From assembly GCA_030141605.1 (NCBI GenBank), contig JAQGDQ010001574.1, forward strand, positions 1 to 34,197: 34,197 bases of DNA, in the 5' to 3' direction. Source of the DNA: Tubiluchus corallicola (lineage: Eukaryota > Animalia > Priapulida). The stretch's first letter is position 1. Each line of letters starts with the position of its first letter. Position numbers and translations under genes: made by a program. Shown here in pieces: positions 23,796 through 34,197 of the stretch. The notes beneath the pieces are model-generated. The model had not been told where the DNA came from. It saw only the letters and a list, made by a program, of their open reading frames with translations, and searched no databases.

Positions 23796-25730
23796 TCTCT
23801 ATCAGGTACTGTGATTTCTTCTCTATCAGGTACAGTAATTTGTTCTCTATCAGGTACAGTAATTTGTTCTCTATCGGGTACAGTAATTTGTTCTCTGTCA
23901 GGTACAGTAATTTGTTCTCTATCAGGTACAGTAATTTGTTCTCTATCGGGTACAGTAATTTGTTCTCTGACAGGTACAGTAATTTGTTCTCTATCAGGTA
24001 CAGTAATTTGTTCTCTATCAGGTACAGTAGTTTGTTCTCTATCGGGTACAGTAATTTGTTCTCTGTCAGGTACAGTAATTTGTTCTCTGTCAGGTACAGT
24101 AATTAGTTCTCTGTCAGGTACAGTAATTTGTTCTCTATCAGGTACAGTAATTTGTTCTCTATCAGGTACAGTAATTTGTTCTCTATCAGGTACAGTCATT
24201 TGTTCTCTATCGGGTACAGTAATTTGTTCTCTGTCAGGTACAGTAATTTGTTCTCTGTCAGGTACAGTAATTTGTTCTCTATCGGGTACAGTAATTTGTT
24301 CTCTATCAGGTACAGTAATTTGTTCTCTATCAGGTAGAGTAATTTGTTCTCTGTCAGGTAGAGTAATTTGTTCTCTATCAGGTACAGTAATTTGTTCTCT
24401 GTCAGGTACAGTAATTTGTTCTCTATCAGGTACAGTATTTTGTTCTCTATCAGGTACAGTAATTTGTTCTCTGTCAGGTACAGTAATTTGTTCTCTATCA
24501 GGTACAGGAATTTGTTCTCTGTCAGGTACAGTAATTTGTTCTCTATCGGGTACAGTAATTTGTTCTCTATCGGGTACAGTAATTTGTTCTCTATCAGGTA
24601 CAGTAATTTGTTCTCTATCAGGTACAGTATTTTGTTCTCTATCGGGTACAGTAATTTGTTCTCTATTGGGTACAGTAATTTGTTCTCTATCGGGTGCAGT
24701 AATTTGTTCTCTATCAGGTACAGTAATTTGTTCTCTGTCAGGTACAGTAATTTGTTCTCTGTCAGGTACAGTAATTTGTTCTCTATCAGGTACAGTAATT
24801 TGTTCTCTATCTGGTACAGTAGTTTGTTCTCTATCGGGTACAGTAATTTGTTCTCTGTCAGGTACAGTAATTTGTTCTCTGTCAGGTACAGTAATTTGTT
24901 CTCTATCAGGTACAGTAATTTGTTCTCTATCAGGTACAGTAATTTGTTCTCTATCAGGTAAAGTAATTTGTTCTCTATCAGGTACAGTAATTTGTTCTCT
25001 ATCCGGTATAGTAATTTGTTCTCTGTCAGGTACAGTAATTTGTTCTCTATCAGGTACAGTTATTTGTTCTCTATCATGTACAGTAATTTGTTCTTTAACC
25101 GGTACAGTAATTTGTTCTCTATCTGGTACAGTAATTTGTTCTCTACCAGGTACAATAATTTGTTCTCTATCAGGTACAATAATTTGTTCTCTATCAGGTA
25201 CAGTAATTTGTTCTCTATCAGGTACAGTAATTTGTTCTCTATCAGGTACAGTAATTTGTTCTCTATCAGGTACAGTAATTTGTTCTCTGTCAGGTACAGT
25301 AATTTGTTCTCTATCAGGTACAGTAATTTGTTCTCTGTCAGGTACAGTAATTTGTTCTCTGTCAGGTACAGTAATTTGTTCTCTATCAGGTACAGTAATT
25401 TGTTCTCTGTCAGGTACAGTAATTTGTTCTCTGTCAGGTACAGTAATTTGTTCTCTGTCAGGTACAGTAATTTGTTCTCTATCAGGTACAGTAATTTGTT
25501 CTCTATCAGGTACAGTAATTTGTTCTCTATCAGGTACAGTATTTTGTTCTCCATCAGGTACAGTAATTTGTTCTCTATCAGGTACAGTATTTTGTTCTCC
25601 ATCAGGTACAGTAATTTGTTCTCTATCAGGTACAGTAATTTGTTCTGTATCAGGTACAGTAATTTGTTCTCTGTCAGGTACAGTAATTTGTTCTCTATCA
25701 GGTACAGTAATTTGTTCTCTATCAGGTACA
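23796..25730. repeat. 24-bp tandem array (TCTCTATCAGGTACAGTAATTTGT)n, ~81 copies
   Basis: Exact 24-nt period with no indels seen; substitutions only. Confidence 0.98.
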
Positions 25731-25819
25731 GAGTATTTTGCCCTGCGACAAGAGTTAGAACCCTCTGAAAACAGAATGAGACCGTTTCAGTTACTCGTGT
25801 TTGTTGTCAGATTTGATTT

Positions 25820-26035
25820 GCTAGAGATGAACTTTGTGAACGTGGCATGGAAGCCCAGAATCCAGAACACTTGATATACCGATGTCCTCGAGTCAATGCA
25901 AATAGGCGAAATGTACTACTAAACGAACAGGGAAATGAGAATTTAAATCTTGTGTGTTGGACCAAAAATGAAAATTTAATATCGGCACTAACCTACTTTG
26001 TAAAGGACCCTTTTATTTTAAGATCCTGCTGTTAA
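25820..26035 (+). mobile_element. Possible degenerate LINE C-terminal zinc-knuckle fragment
   Basis: LCERGMEAQNPEHLIYRCP resembles C.CG...Q..EHL...CP with one Cys lost. Confidence 0.45.
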
Positions 26036-26403
26036 TTTTTAGTAAAATAGTAAATTAAATTTGGGTAGTTCTTGAGATTACTGATTGTCACTCTTGTGGA
26101 TTTAAACATTGAATTGAAATCTGATAATTTGGTATATCAATTTATCTGCATTTTTATGTTATTTCACGTGAAACTTGCTGCATTAGTAACCTTGATTTTA
26201 GCACGCACTTCAATACTCCTTGTTTAATATCACTGTAAGAAATGTTATACTCACAAATTAGAAAAGCTAATTACAGAATCCGTAAATGTAATATTGTAGA
26301 ATTCACTCTGTCTAGTGTCTATGTAAAATTGTATAATGTTAGTACAGATATTTTTCCTGCAAAAAGAGGCTAATAAAGACTTATCATCATCATGTTTTTT
26401 CAG

Positions 26404-26979
26404 AACCGGAAGCTGACTACGACATTTACGAATCCTGTGAAGTATCATCAAGAGCTAGCAGCAGCGGAGACACCATAACTCCCGACAACGTCAACGTCCG
26501 ACTCCGAAAAGCACCCCAGAGCAACCACAACATCGCCTCCCCGCGACCGCTGTCCATTCCGGCCGCAAAAATCACTCTGCCTACGTCCAAGGTGCCCGAA
26601 AGACCATCCTCCATGGTGCCCGAAAGACCTTCCTCCATGGTGCCCGAAAGACCATCTTCCATGGTGCCCGAAAGACCGTCCTCCATGGTGTCCGAAAGAC
26701 CATCCTCCATGGTACCAGAAAGACCACCCTCCATGGTGGTCACAAGCCTTCCCAACAGACCAGTCTCTGTTCAAGCAACAATCAAGGCTTCCCCAGTGCG
26801 GTCATCAGCGTTCAAGCCGACTGTGGTCAACAGCAGGAAAGTTGAAGTTGCCGACCGTCAGTGCGCCACAATACAACAAGCGCCACCTGTCAGCAAGCCC
26901 TCCCCTCCACCCTTACCACCCCCACTTACGAAGCCACACAACTTGCCACTCGAACCGATATACATAAACAGCTGTGCAG
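26404..26979 (+). CDS. SH2 adaptor gene exon 6 (Tyr- and Pro/Ser-rich, with a 6x VPERPSSM repeat at 26592-26735)
   Basis: gttttttcag| acceptor, CAG|gtatgt donor; open frame EPEADYDIYES...PSPPPLPPP...EPIYINSCA; 576 nt, phase 1-1. Confidence 0.88.
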
Positions 26980-27107
26980 GTATGTTAAATGCAAAGAAAA
27001 TTTAATTTTAAAGATCGACTTAAGAGAATTTCCATACAAAGTTATACTACTTAGAATTATGCTTACCTGCTTGCATTACTCATGTAATCAGAAAAGCAGA
27101 TTCTTAA

Positions 27108-27969
27108 AGGACAAGAAAAGAGGTACCTGAAGTAGGTTTCAGAAAAATTACCTTAAAAATTATATTTATAGCAATTTTATGCGTGTATAATACTGGTATT
27201 GAAAGGATTTTTAGTTTGTTTTCATTTTAAATCTCCCGCGATACTGTTCCGAAGTCGCCATTACATGACGTCATGTACCAAATGTAAATCAAGGGAAGAA
27301 AATACAATGTTAAATTATGTCTCAAAAGACTTTCCGTGCAAATCTATATTACTTAGAATTTCGCTTACCTACTAGAAAGACTTATGTAACTAGAAAAGAA
27401 AATTATTAATGATTTAAAATGCTTTCACCACTTGATAAAATGTCGCTGACTCACCCTCCAGGGTGCACCACCCACTAGTCAAAAACGCATTTTTAATTTT
27501 ATTGACAAGTTACAGTAATTTAAAAGTTTACTTACTTAGTGACGTGTATGCTACGAAAGGTATGATTATTTTTTCAAACTTTACACAATGTTATCAAAAC
27601 TTGTTTCAAATGACCTACCATTGAAATGGCTGCGCCTAACGGTCATCGCGGGAGTTTAAATTTACACGTTTTATACATCGTTATGTCGATGCAAACCATG
27701 CTTACGAAAATGTATTAATCCAAACTAGAAATTATTAAATAATATTTACAAAGTAGGAAACAATTTTCTTTCATCAATAACTCTTACACGGAAATGACCT
27801 GTCGTGAAAATGGCTGCGTCTAACGGTCATCGCGGGAGTTTAAATTTACATGTTTTATACAGCGTGACTGCCGATTGAAGTCCTGCACGCAAAAAGGCAG
27901 TATGTAAGCGATATAAAATTTCAAGACGAATTTTTTAAGGTTTATGTTTATGAAGTGTTTTCTTGTGCT
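27108..27969 (-). mobile_element. Family B TTAA MITE(s), reverse orientation, composite of two partial copies
   Basis: TTAA-AGGACAAGAAAA at left and TTTTCTTGTGCT-TTAA at right; AAATGACCT...CGCGGGAGTTTAAATTTACA segment occurs twice; a third fragment lies at ~28010-28220. Confidence 0.75.
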
Positions 27970-28224
27970 TTAATAACTTAAAATGATCGCATCACTTGAT
28001 AACACATCACTGCATCGCCATCCCAGCGTGCACCACTGATTCACCAAAAACACATAATTAATCTTATTATGAATATAAACTAATTTAAACTTTTCCTTAA
28101 TTAGCGAAGCGTGTACTATGAATGTACTGGTTATATTTTTCAAACGCAATGTTATTTAAACTTGTTTCAAACGACCTACCATTAAAATGGCTGCGCCTAA
28201 CGGTCATCTTTTCTTGTCCTTTAA

Positions 28225-28679
28225 CCCTTTCAGTCCCAAATTATTTTTTAATAAGAAAAAATTTTTGGCTTGGTACTTTTGTTCAGTATGTCCATCTTGT
28301 TTACACATAATAATTATTTTTTTCTACCTGTGCCCGTGTGCTAAATATAGCCTGTATCCCACGGGATACATTGGGATTCAATGCTTGTTAAACATGATAA
28401 AAAGCAAATGCTGATAATTTTGAAAGTATTTAAGACATTTAGTATGCATGCTATGCTGATCTGTACAAAGTCGTCTCTAAAGTGTACCTTGTGCAGTTTT
28501 TTATGCTATGTAGATTTTCTAGTTTGCCATTTTATCACTATTTTTAGTCTATTGTTATTGGCTTAAATCAAAATAACTATTAATAGATCAAATAACTCTC
28601 AGCTTTAAAATTTTATTAATTTTAAAGGCAGAAATATTTAATATTCTCGTATCCCGCGGGATACAACGGGTAAAAAGGG
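28225..28679. mobile_element. piggyBac-like MITE
   Basis: TTAA-CCCTTT ... AAAGGG-TTAA; internal palindromes GTATCCC(A/G)CGGGATAC at ~28354 and ~28649. Confidence 0.7.
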
Positions 28680-28781
28680 TTAAAAGATGTAATTTAATCT
28701 TGATTATGACTTAGTAAGCAGCAGGCAGACTCGATAAATGCAGCAATAATTTGCAAGACTTTCTTTCATTGGTCCTTCTAG

Positions 28782-29036
28782 GTGAACAGGACAGGTACTT
28801 TAACAAAGACGTTGCCAACACGGGCACAAAGACAGTCCGTCCGGCGAAAAAATCCCGGTCGCGTTTAAGCAAGTTTCAGACGATGCCGACTTCGACTCGC
28901 GCCGCAACAATTGAGAAACTGAGAGAGATGAGCATCCAAGAGAACCACCGGAAGTGTGTGGAGAACAACCGGAAGTGTGTTGATGCCATGGCGATGAGGG
29001 ACAAGATGCCTCTGCCAGAGGAAATAAATAACAATG
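28782..29036 (+). CDS. SH2 adaptor gene exon 7 (GEQDRYFNKD...MPLPEEINNN)
   Basis: ggtccttctag| acceptor; weak donor ATG|gtatcg gives a 255-nt phase 1-1 exon; read-through stops at 29068. Confidence 0.75.
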
Positions 29037-29554
29037 GTATCGAAGTCAATAAGGCTTTTACAGTTTAAGCGATTGATGATGATCGTGAAAAGGTCAAGTG
29101 TACCAGATAACGCAATTGTGCACACTTGACAACGTCTCGCGCTCCATGCTATTGTAATAGTAACCATTTTAACATGTTTTAACAGCCAGTTAGAACCTTA
29201 CCTAGTTTATTTTTCTTGTTCCCAAGTAAGATCCTGCACAGATTAATGCATATTTAAGTAAAGTCCACTTAAAACAACCGAATTTACTGAACTAATGCGA
29301 GAGACGGCTTTGTTTTACCTACACGTCAGGTGACGGTTGTACTTAAGACGCGCTGTTGTGGTAAACTTAACCTTTGACCTACAACAACTGCGCATGCGTA
29401 TAGCGGAACTGTGAAAAACTTATTTTTATGGGCACTCACACTATTATAAAAAGAAAACAACGTTTATTAAAAGTTTATAAAATGTTTAAAAAGCGAGCCA
29501 CAGCCTGCAGCCACCGTCAGTAATAGTATACCTGTGTATCTTATTCTTTTATAC

Positions 29555-29882
29555 ACGTCTGTTAATTAGTTACATATCTGGCTTCCTTGTAAATACACCT
29601 TGTAAATATCTTTGTATTAACTAGCAAGAAATTAAGCCTTGACGTAAGACCTCGATTATTTAATGCTTACGTTACCAGCATATTTATGTACAACAGTATA
29701 ACTTGGGGTTTAACAATTACGTCTGTTAATTTGTTACATATTTGGCTTCCTTGTAAATACACTTTGTAAATATCTTTGTATTAACTAGCAAGAAATTAAG
29801 TCTTGACGTAAGACTTCGATTATTTAATGCTTACATTACCAGCATATTTATGTACAACAGTGAAACTGGGGTTTAACGATTA
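29555..29882. repeat. 164-bp tandem duplication spanning the 5' truncation point of the RTE fragment
   Basis: ACGTCTGTTAATT.GTTACATAT... starts at 29555 and again at 29719. Confidence 0.88.
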
Positions 29883-30157
29883 CTCAAGAAAAACAGATTG
29901 ATACATTTTATAGAAGTCTTAGGAAAGTGTTAATGATAAGATGGCCATACATAATCAAAAATGAAGATTTATACACTAGAACAAAAGAAATTTCTTCGAG
30001 TTCAAAAGTCAAAATCCGAAGATTAAGATGGCTAGGACATCTTCTAAGATTACCAAATGAAGCACCAGTAAGAATTGCCTTAAAGGAAGCCTTAAAACCT
30101 TTCAAAAAACCACCTGCTAAACCTAAGACAACTTGAATGGCTAAGGTAAATAAAGAT
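29770..30157 (+). mobile_element. RTE-clade LINE 3' coding fragment
   Basis: RLFNAYITSIFMYNSETxG...IRWPYIIKNEDLY...KIRRLRWLGHLLR...KPKTT*; the RRLRWLGHxxR motif is typical of the post-RT region of RTE elements. Confidence 0.85.
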
Positions 30158-30240
30158 GTTCAAGCCGGGTCATACCAAAGACTTTAAAACTGGTACCTAC
30201 TGTTGCCCTGCCTGGCGCCTAGTATTTAGGGTAAAAGTGG
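30158..30240 (+). mobile_element. tRNA-SINE fragment (B-box remnant plus MetaSINE-like central domain)
   Basis: GTTCAAGCC followed by GGGTCATACCAAAGACTTTAAAACTGGTACCTACTGTTGCCCTGCCTGGCGC; assignment is from recalled consensus. Confidence 0.55.
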
Positions 30241-30311
30241 GGTAATAATAGTCTCTGTTATGTAGTTGTAGGTTGTTATTTATAGTCGGTGATAATAGCT
30301 CTTTGGGCTTA

Positions 30312-30659
30312 TGTTGTGGAGATCCACTAGAATTAAATAGAATATTGTAGAATGTTCTATAGTATAGTAGAACAATCTTCTTACCTTGTAGAAGTTTAGA
30401 GAACTTTCTATTTCTAGATTGTTCTTTTGCACTGATATCTAAGGCGGAGCTGCCCGCTGGAGTTTATTCTCTCACATTCTCTTGTATTCTCAGATTCTCA
30501 GACACGCTTTCACGTTTCCAGATTATCACATTTACTGTAAACATTTCGCGTTCCGTCACACTTTTGTGTTGTAGAATTCTCGCATAATAAACTAGTTTAA
30601 TTTGACGAAGTGTTTTCTGGTTTTCTCTACGAGCCTTCAGAGAGAAACAAAACACAACA
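30312..30659 (+). mobile_element. Solo LTR (348 bp)
   Basis: Inverted ends TGTTGTG...CACAACA, perfect 5-bp TSD GCTTA at 30307-30311 and 30660-30664, internal AATAAA at ~30586. Confidence 0.85.
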
Positions 30660-30704
30660 GCTTATGTTAATTTTTCACCGAAAAGACGAGTTTAAATAAA
30701 GGTC

Positions 30705-30745
30705 ATTATTATTATTAATATTATTATTATTATTATTATTATTAT

Positions 30746-30833
<88 letters not shown>
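30705..30833. repeat. Compound (ATT)n(AGT)n microsatellite
   Basis: Seen directly. Confidence 0.95.
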
Positions 30834-30834
<1 letters not shown>

Positions 30835-30896
30835 TCTCTCCAACTAGAGATTATATGACTCTGCAATTTAAAATTTGTTTACAAATTCTTTTCCAG

Positions 30897-31076
30897 GTGC
30901 TAAATACACAAGCATAACACAAATAGCAGGGAAGAACTCTGCACCCAACAACAAGTTGATCATTGACCACCGTCCATCCAACGAAAATTACGACGAAGCA
31001 CAGAAATTGACCGTGAACGAGATATTCTCTACTCTGGAAGCAAATAGACAGGGTAAAAACCCAGTGAAGCCAAAAG
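30897..31076 (+). CDS. SH2 adaptor gene exon 8 (GAKYTSI...NENYDEAQK...PVKPK)
   Basis: ttcttttccag| acceptor, AAG|gtaagc donor; 180 nt, phase 1-1, open frame. Confidence 0.85.
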
Positions 31077-32554
31077 GTAAGCTCTACTTGAATCATCCAT
31101 TCCACAATTTCATTGTGTGCACGCACAGTTGCTGTAGGTCAAAGGTTAAGTCCATAGCTATGCGTCTTAACTACAACTGTTACGTGGCATGTGGGTAAAG
31201 CAAAGCCGTCTGGAGCTTCAGTTCAATAACTTCAGTTGTATTACGTGGCCTTTACTAGCAGGATCTTGATTGGAAACAACAAAAAATGAACTAGGCAAGG
31301 TTCTAGTTAGCTGCTAAAGCTGTTACTATCGCAACAGTATGAGCTGCGAGGCGTTGTCAAGTGTACACAAATGCGTTGTTTGGTACACTTAAGATGACAA
31401 CCTATGACCTCTTCATGATCATCATCAATCGCTGAAACTGTGAAAAAGCTTAATGAATTGACGTCAATTTTTACAGCGTCAGTAGTAACTGTTGCTAAGT
31501 AACACTTGTTACTCGGTCATTAAATTCTGCGTTGTCCACGAGACCCTCTGCTCAGACAAACTAGTAGGTCTCTTACAGCTACAACTAGCCAGTCTCGCAT
31601 AGCAAGTCCCAAGTTATATGAAAGAAATGTTGTAGGTTGGTGGACATAATCTGATTCCTCTCACCATTTGCAATTGGTTTGGCCTTGCTGATTTATTTAC
31701 ATTTATTACATTCTTATGACAATCTTATGTGAATCCAATTTTTCGTTTTTTTTTTATTTTTATTTTTCTGTCACTTTCATATTACATCTTCATATCCTTT
31801 CACTTTTCACACTCCTTTCCTTCCCATTAACCACCTGTGGATGCGCCCAGTCCAGGCAAAGAAACGGCAAAAATCAGTATTGAACTGCGCGATAGACCTG
31901 CAATTTATTAAAATAACAGATCACAAAAAGTGCTTAAGAATGTGCTGAAGCTTATTACTATTTAGATAAAATGAAAAGTTAGTTTTAAGAAGACTGAAAC
32001 ACAAATTATTACTTTATGATTCTAGACATTTGAAGCAATTCTAACCAATTTAGACTATTAACTAATTATTAAAGTAGATGCTGAGTTACATTTACTGATG
32101 ACAACTTTGGCTTGAAAATACAACTAGTGACTGTTAAATTGCAACAAAATAGACAAAGCAATGCAAGTATCACCAAACGGCATGATCAGCATAGCGGCAA
32201 CAGAAAATCTAACTACGTGTAAGAACAACTGTGATTGATAGGTGGCGTATACTACTAAAGCTTAGGTCACATGACTAAGGCTGGCTTCGTTTTAAACAGT
32301 TTCAGCAAATGCATGTTTGTAAAAATGCGAAAAGAAGACAAATGATTATAGAATGCTAGATTAAATTGCATGACACCAACAACACCTTTTATTCTTGCAG
32401 CTATGCTTTTCTTTCTATTTGCTACTCAGGGGGCTTGACATTACTATCTGTTATATTTATTGTGTTTGATGTTCAATAAACGTGTATTCTACTTGATTTA
32501 TCAGTGTCTTAGCACTTACCTTTAGAAACTTCTTCATACATGGCAAATTGGATA

Positions 32555-33217
32555 AACTAAACTAAACTACACTACACTACACTACACTACACTACACTAC
32601 ACTACACTACACTACACTACACTACACTACACTACACTACACTACACTACACTACACTACACTACACTACACTACACTACACTACTCTACACTAAACTAA
32701 ACTAAACTAAACTAAACTAAACTAAACTAAACTAAACTAAACTAAACTAAACTAAACTAAACTAAACTAAACTAAACTAAACTAAACTAAACTAAACTAA
32801 ACTAAACTAAACTAAACTAAACTAAACTAAACAACTAAACTAAACTAAACTAAACTAAACTAAACTAAACTAAACTAAACTAAACTAAACTAAACTAAAC
32901 TAAACTAAACTAAACTAAACTAAAGTAAACTAAACTAAACTAAACTAAACTACGCTACGCTACGCTAAGCTAAGCTAAGCTAAGCTACACTACGCTACGC
33001 TACGCTACGCTAAGCTAAGCTAAGCTAAGCTAAGCTAAGCTACACTACACTACACTACACTACACTACACTACACTACACTACACTACACTACACTACAC
33101 TACACTACACTAAACTAAACTAAACTAAACTAAACTAAACTAAACTAAACTAAACTAAACTAAACTAAACTAAACTAAACAACTAAACTAAAATAAACTA
33201 AACCAAACTAAACTAAA
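32555..33217. repeat. Compound pentanucleotide satellite (ACTAA/ACTAC/GCTAC/GCTAA)n
   Basis: Seen directly. Confidence 0.97.
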
Positions 33218-33275
33218 TATCAAGACCTGTCGTTCATTCCACGGTTGGATTAGGCAACTTTTCTACATCTTTCAG

Positions 33276-33400
33276 GTTTTGAGGGACATCATCGATTCTT
33301 CGAGGAGCTGAGTCAAATCACAAGAAAACTGAAGTTCCGCAGCGTCAGAGACAAGGACAAAAGCAGAAGCTACGGCAACATTACCGTCATCAACGTCTAG
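33276..33400 (+). CDS. SH2 adaptor gene terminal coding exon 9 (GFEGHHRFFEELSQITRKLKFRSVRDKDKSRSYGNITVINV*)
   Basis: catctttcag| acceptor in phase 1, in frame to TAG at 33398-33400. Confidence 0.82.
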
Positions 33401-33590
33401 CATAAACATACTGTCGATATTTACAAAAACGTTACTTTTGTTGCCATAGCAACACAATTTGTGAGGTCGTGGACATAGGATAGCATCAATACAGTCTTAC
33501 ATACGTAAGAAGATGGACAATTGTTATGACAATATAATTTCAAATGATATTTTTATGGCAACTTCTTTGAGAATGACTACAGACAATATA

Positions 33591-33596
33591 AATAAA
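33591..33596 (+). promoter_or_regulatory. Candidate polyadenylation signal of the SH2 gene
   Basis: AATAAA ~190 nt after the stop codon, followed by the GT-rich TTGTGATGTTGTTT. Confidence 0.5.
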
Positions 33597-33976
33597 AATA
33601 ACAAATTGTGATGTTGTTTAGTGAAAGGAACCTGCAATGTGTGATCAGGGCTGTAATGGAGATGGGATGGAAAGTGAGAACGAATTATTTAACTTTTGTG
33701 CCAAGAAAATCGGTACAATATGTAACTAAGAAAACAGGACTAAAGACAGGCGGTAGAATTTTATTTTGACAACACTACAGCGTGACAATGAAAATGTCAT
33801 GTTATATAGCGTGTATGAACTGTCTGACGACATTACAATGTCTACCTTTCTCCATTATGAAGTATTCTTCAAAAGTAAAGAAGTTATACAGAGGTCTTTT
33901 TGTGTGAAATCCATCCACGTGGCAAATCTGCCTCCCTTTGAGTTATTAAATAGTTTGATTCGTGGAAAGCTTTAAT

Positions 33977-34197
33977 AAGTGGACTATCTTCCTGAAATCC
34001 CAGAGCATTAAAGTGGACTGTCTTCCAGTAATATCAGAGCATTAAAGTGGACTGTCTTCCGGTAATCCCAGAGCATTAAAGTGGACTGTCTTCCTGAAAT
34101 CGCAGAGCATTAAAGTGGACTGTCTTCCAGTAATATCAGAGCATTAAAGTGGACTGTCTTCCAGAAATCACAGAGCATTAAAGTGGACTGTCTTCCG
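33977..34197. repeat. 34-bp tandem minisatellite, >=6 copies, runs off the window end
   Basis: AAGTGGACTGTCTTCC-N8-CAGAGCATTA with period 34. Confidence 0.92.

Noticed and set aside
23751-25874. 707-aa + strand ORF (SLSGTVIC)n as a stand-alone gene
   Set aside because: Starts at TTG, is almost entirely the 24-bp array, and lies in a sense intron between phase-matched exons 5 and 6; an open frame is expected from a stop-free unit. Not fully excluded.
23796-26735. Common origin of the antisense array unit (VPDRE...) and the exon 6 repeat (VPERP...), both 24 bp
   Set aside because: Similarity is limited to about 12 nt (GTACCTGATAGA vs GTACCAGAAAGA) and the other half is unrelated; likely coincidence
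32555-33217. Telomeric or interstitial telomere repeat
   Set aside because: The units ACTAA/ACTAC do not match TTAGGG or TTAGG, and the tract lies in an intron just before a coding exon
33977-34197. CRISPR-like repeat with a variable centre
   Set aside because: The variable part is only 8 bp, the variants resemble each other and recur, the context is eukaryotic and there are no cas genes

Overview
AT-rich, repeat-dense, intron-containing eukaryotic DNA, most likely from an invertebrate animal (species cannot be determined from the sequence). Two protein-coding units are visible on the + strand. (1) A single internal exon (2802-2977) encoding the third SAM domain of liprin-alpha (PPFIA/SYD-2); I could not find its expected next exon in the remaining ~31 kb. 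(2) A complete 9-exon gene (10687-33400, 3159 nt CDS, about 1052 aa), with phase-compatible GT-AG junctions, encoding an adaptor-like protein: a repeat-rich N-terminus, a STAP-like SH2 domain split over exons 2-5, and a Pro/Tyr-motif-rich tail. The SH2 gene may therefore be nested, on the same strand, in a liprin-alpha intron. Its first exon is bracketed by a ~580-bp inverted repeat pair. Its intron 5 holds a 5S-rRNA-headed SINE and a ~81-copy 24-bp array that is open on both strands. The rest consists of MITEs (TA, TTAA and 8-bp TSD types), LINE 3' fragments, a solo LTR, minisatellites and microsatellites. There are no prokaryotic features and no CRISPR array. All calls were made by eye; family assignments come from recalled motifs, not database searches.
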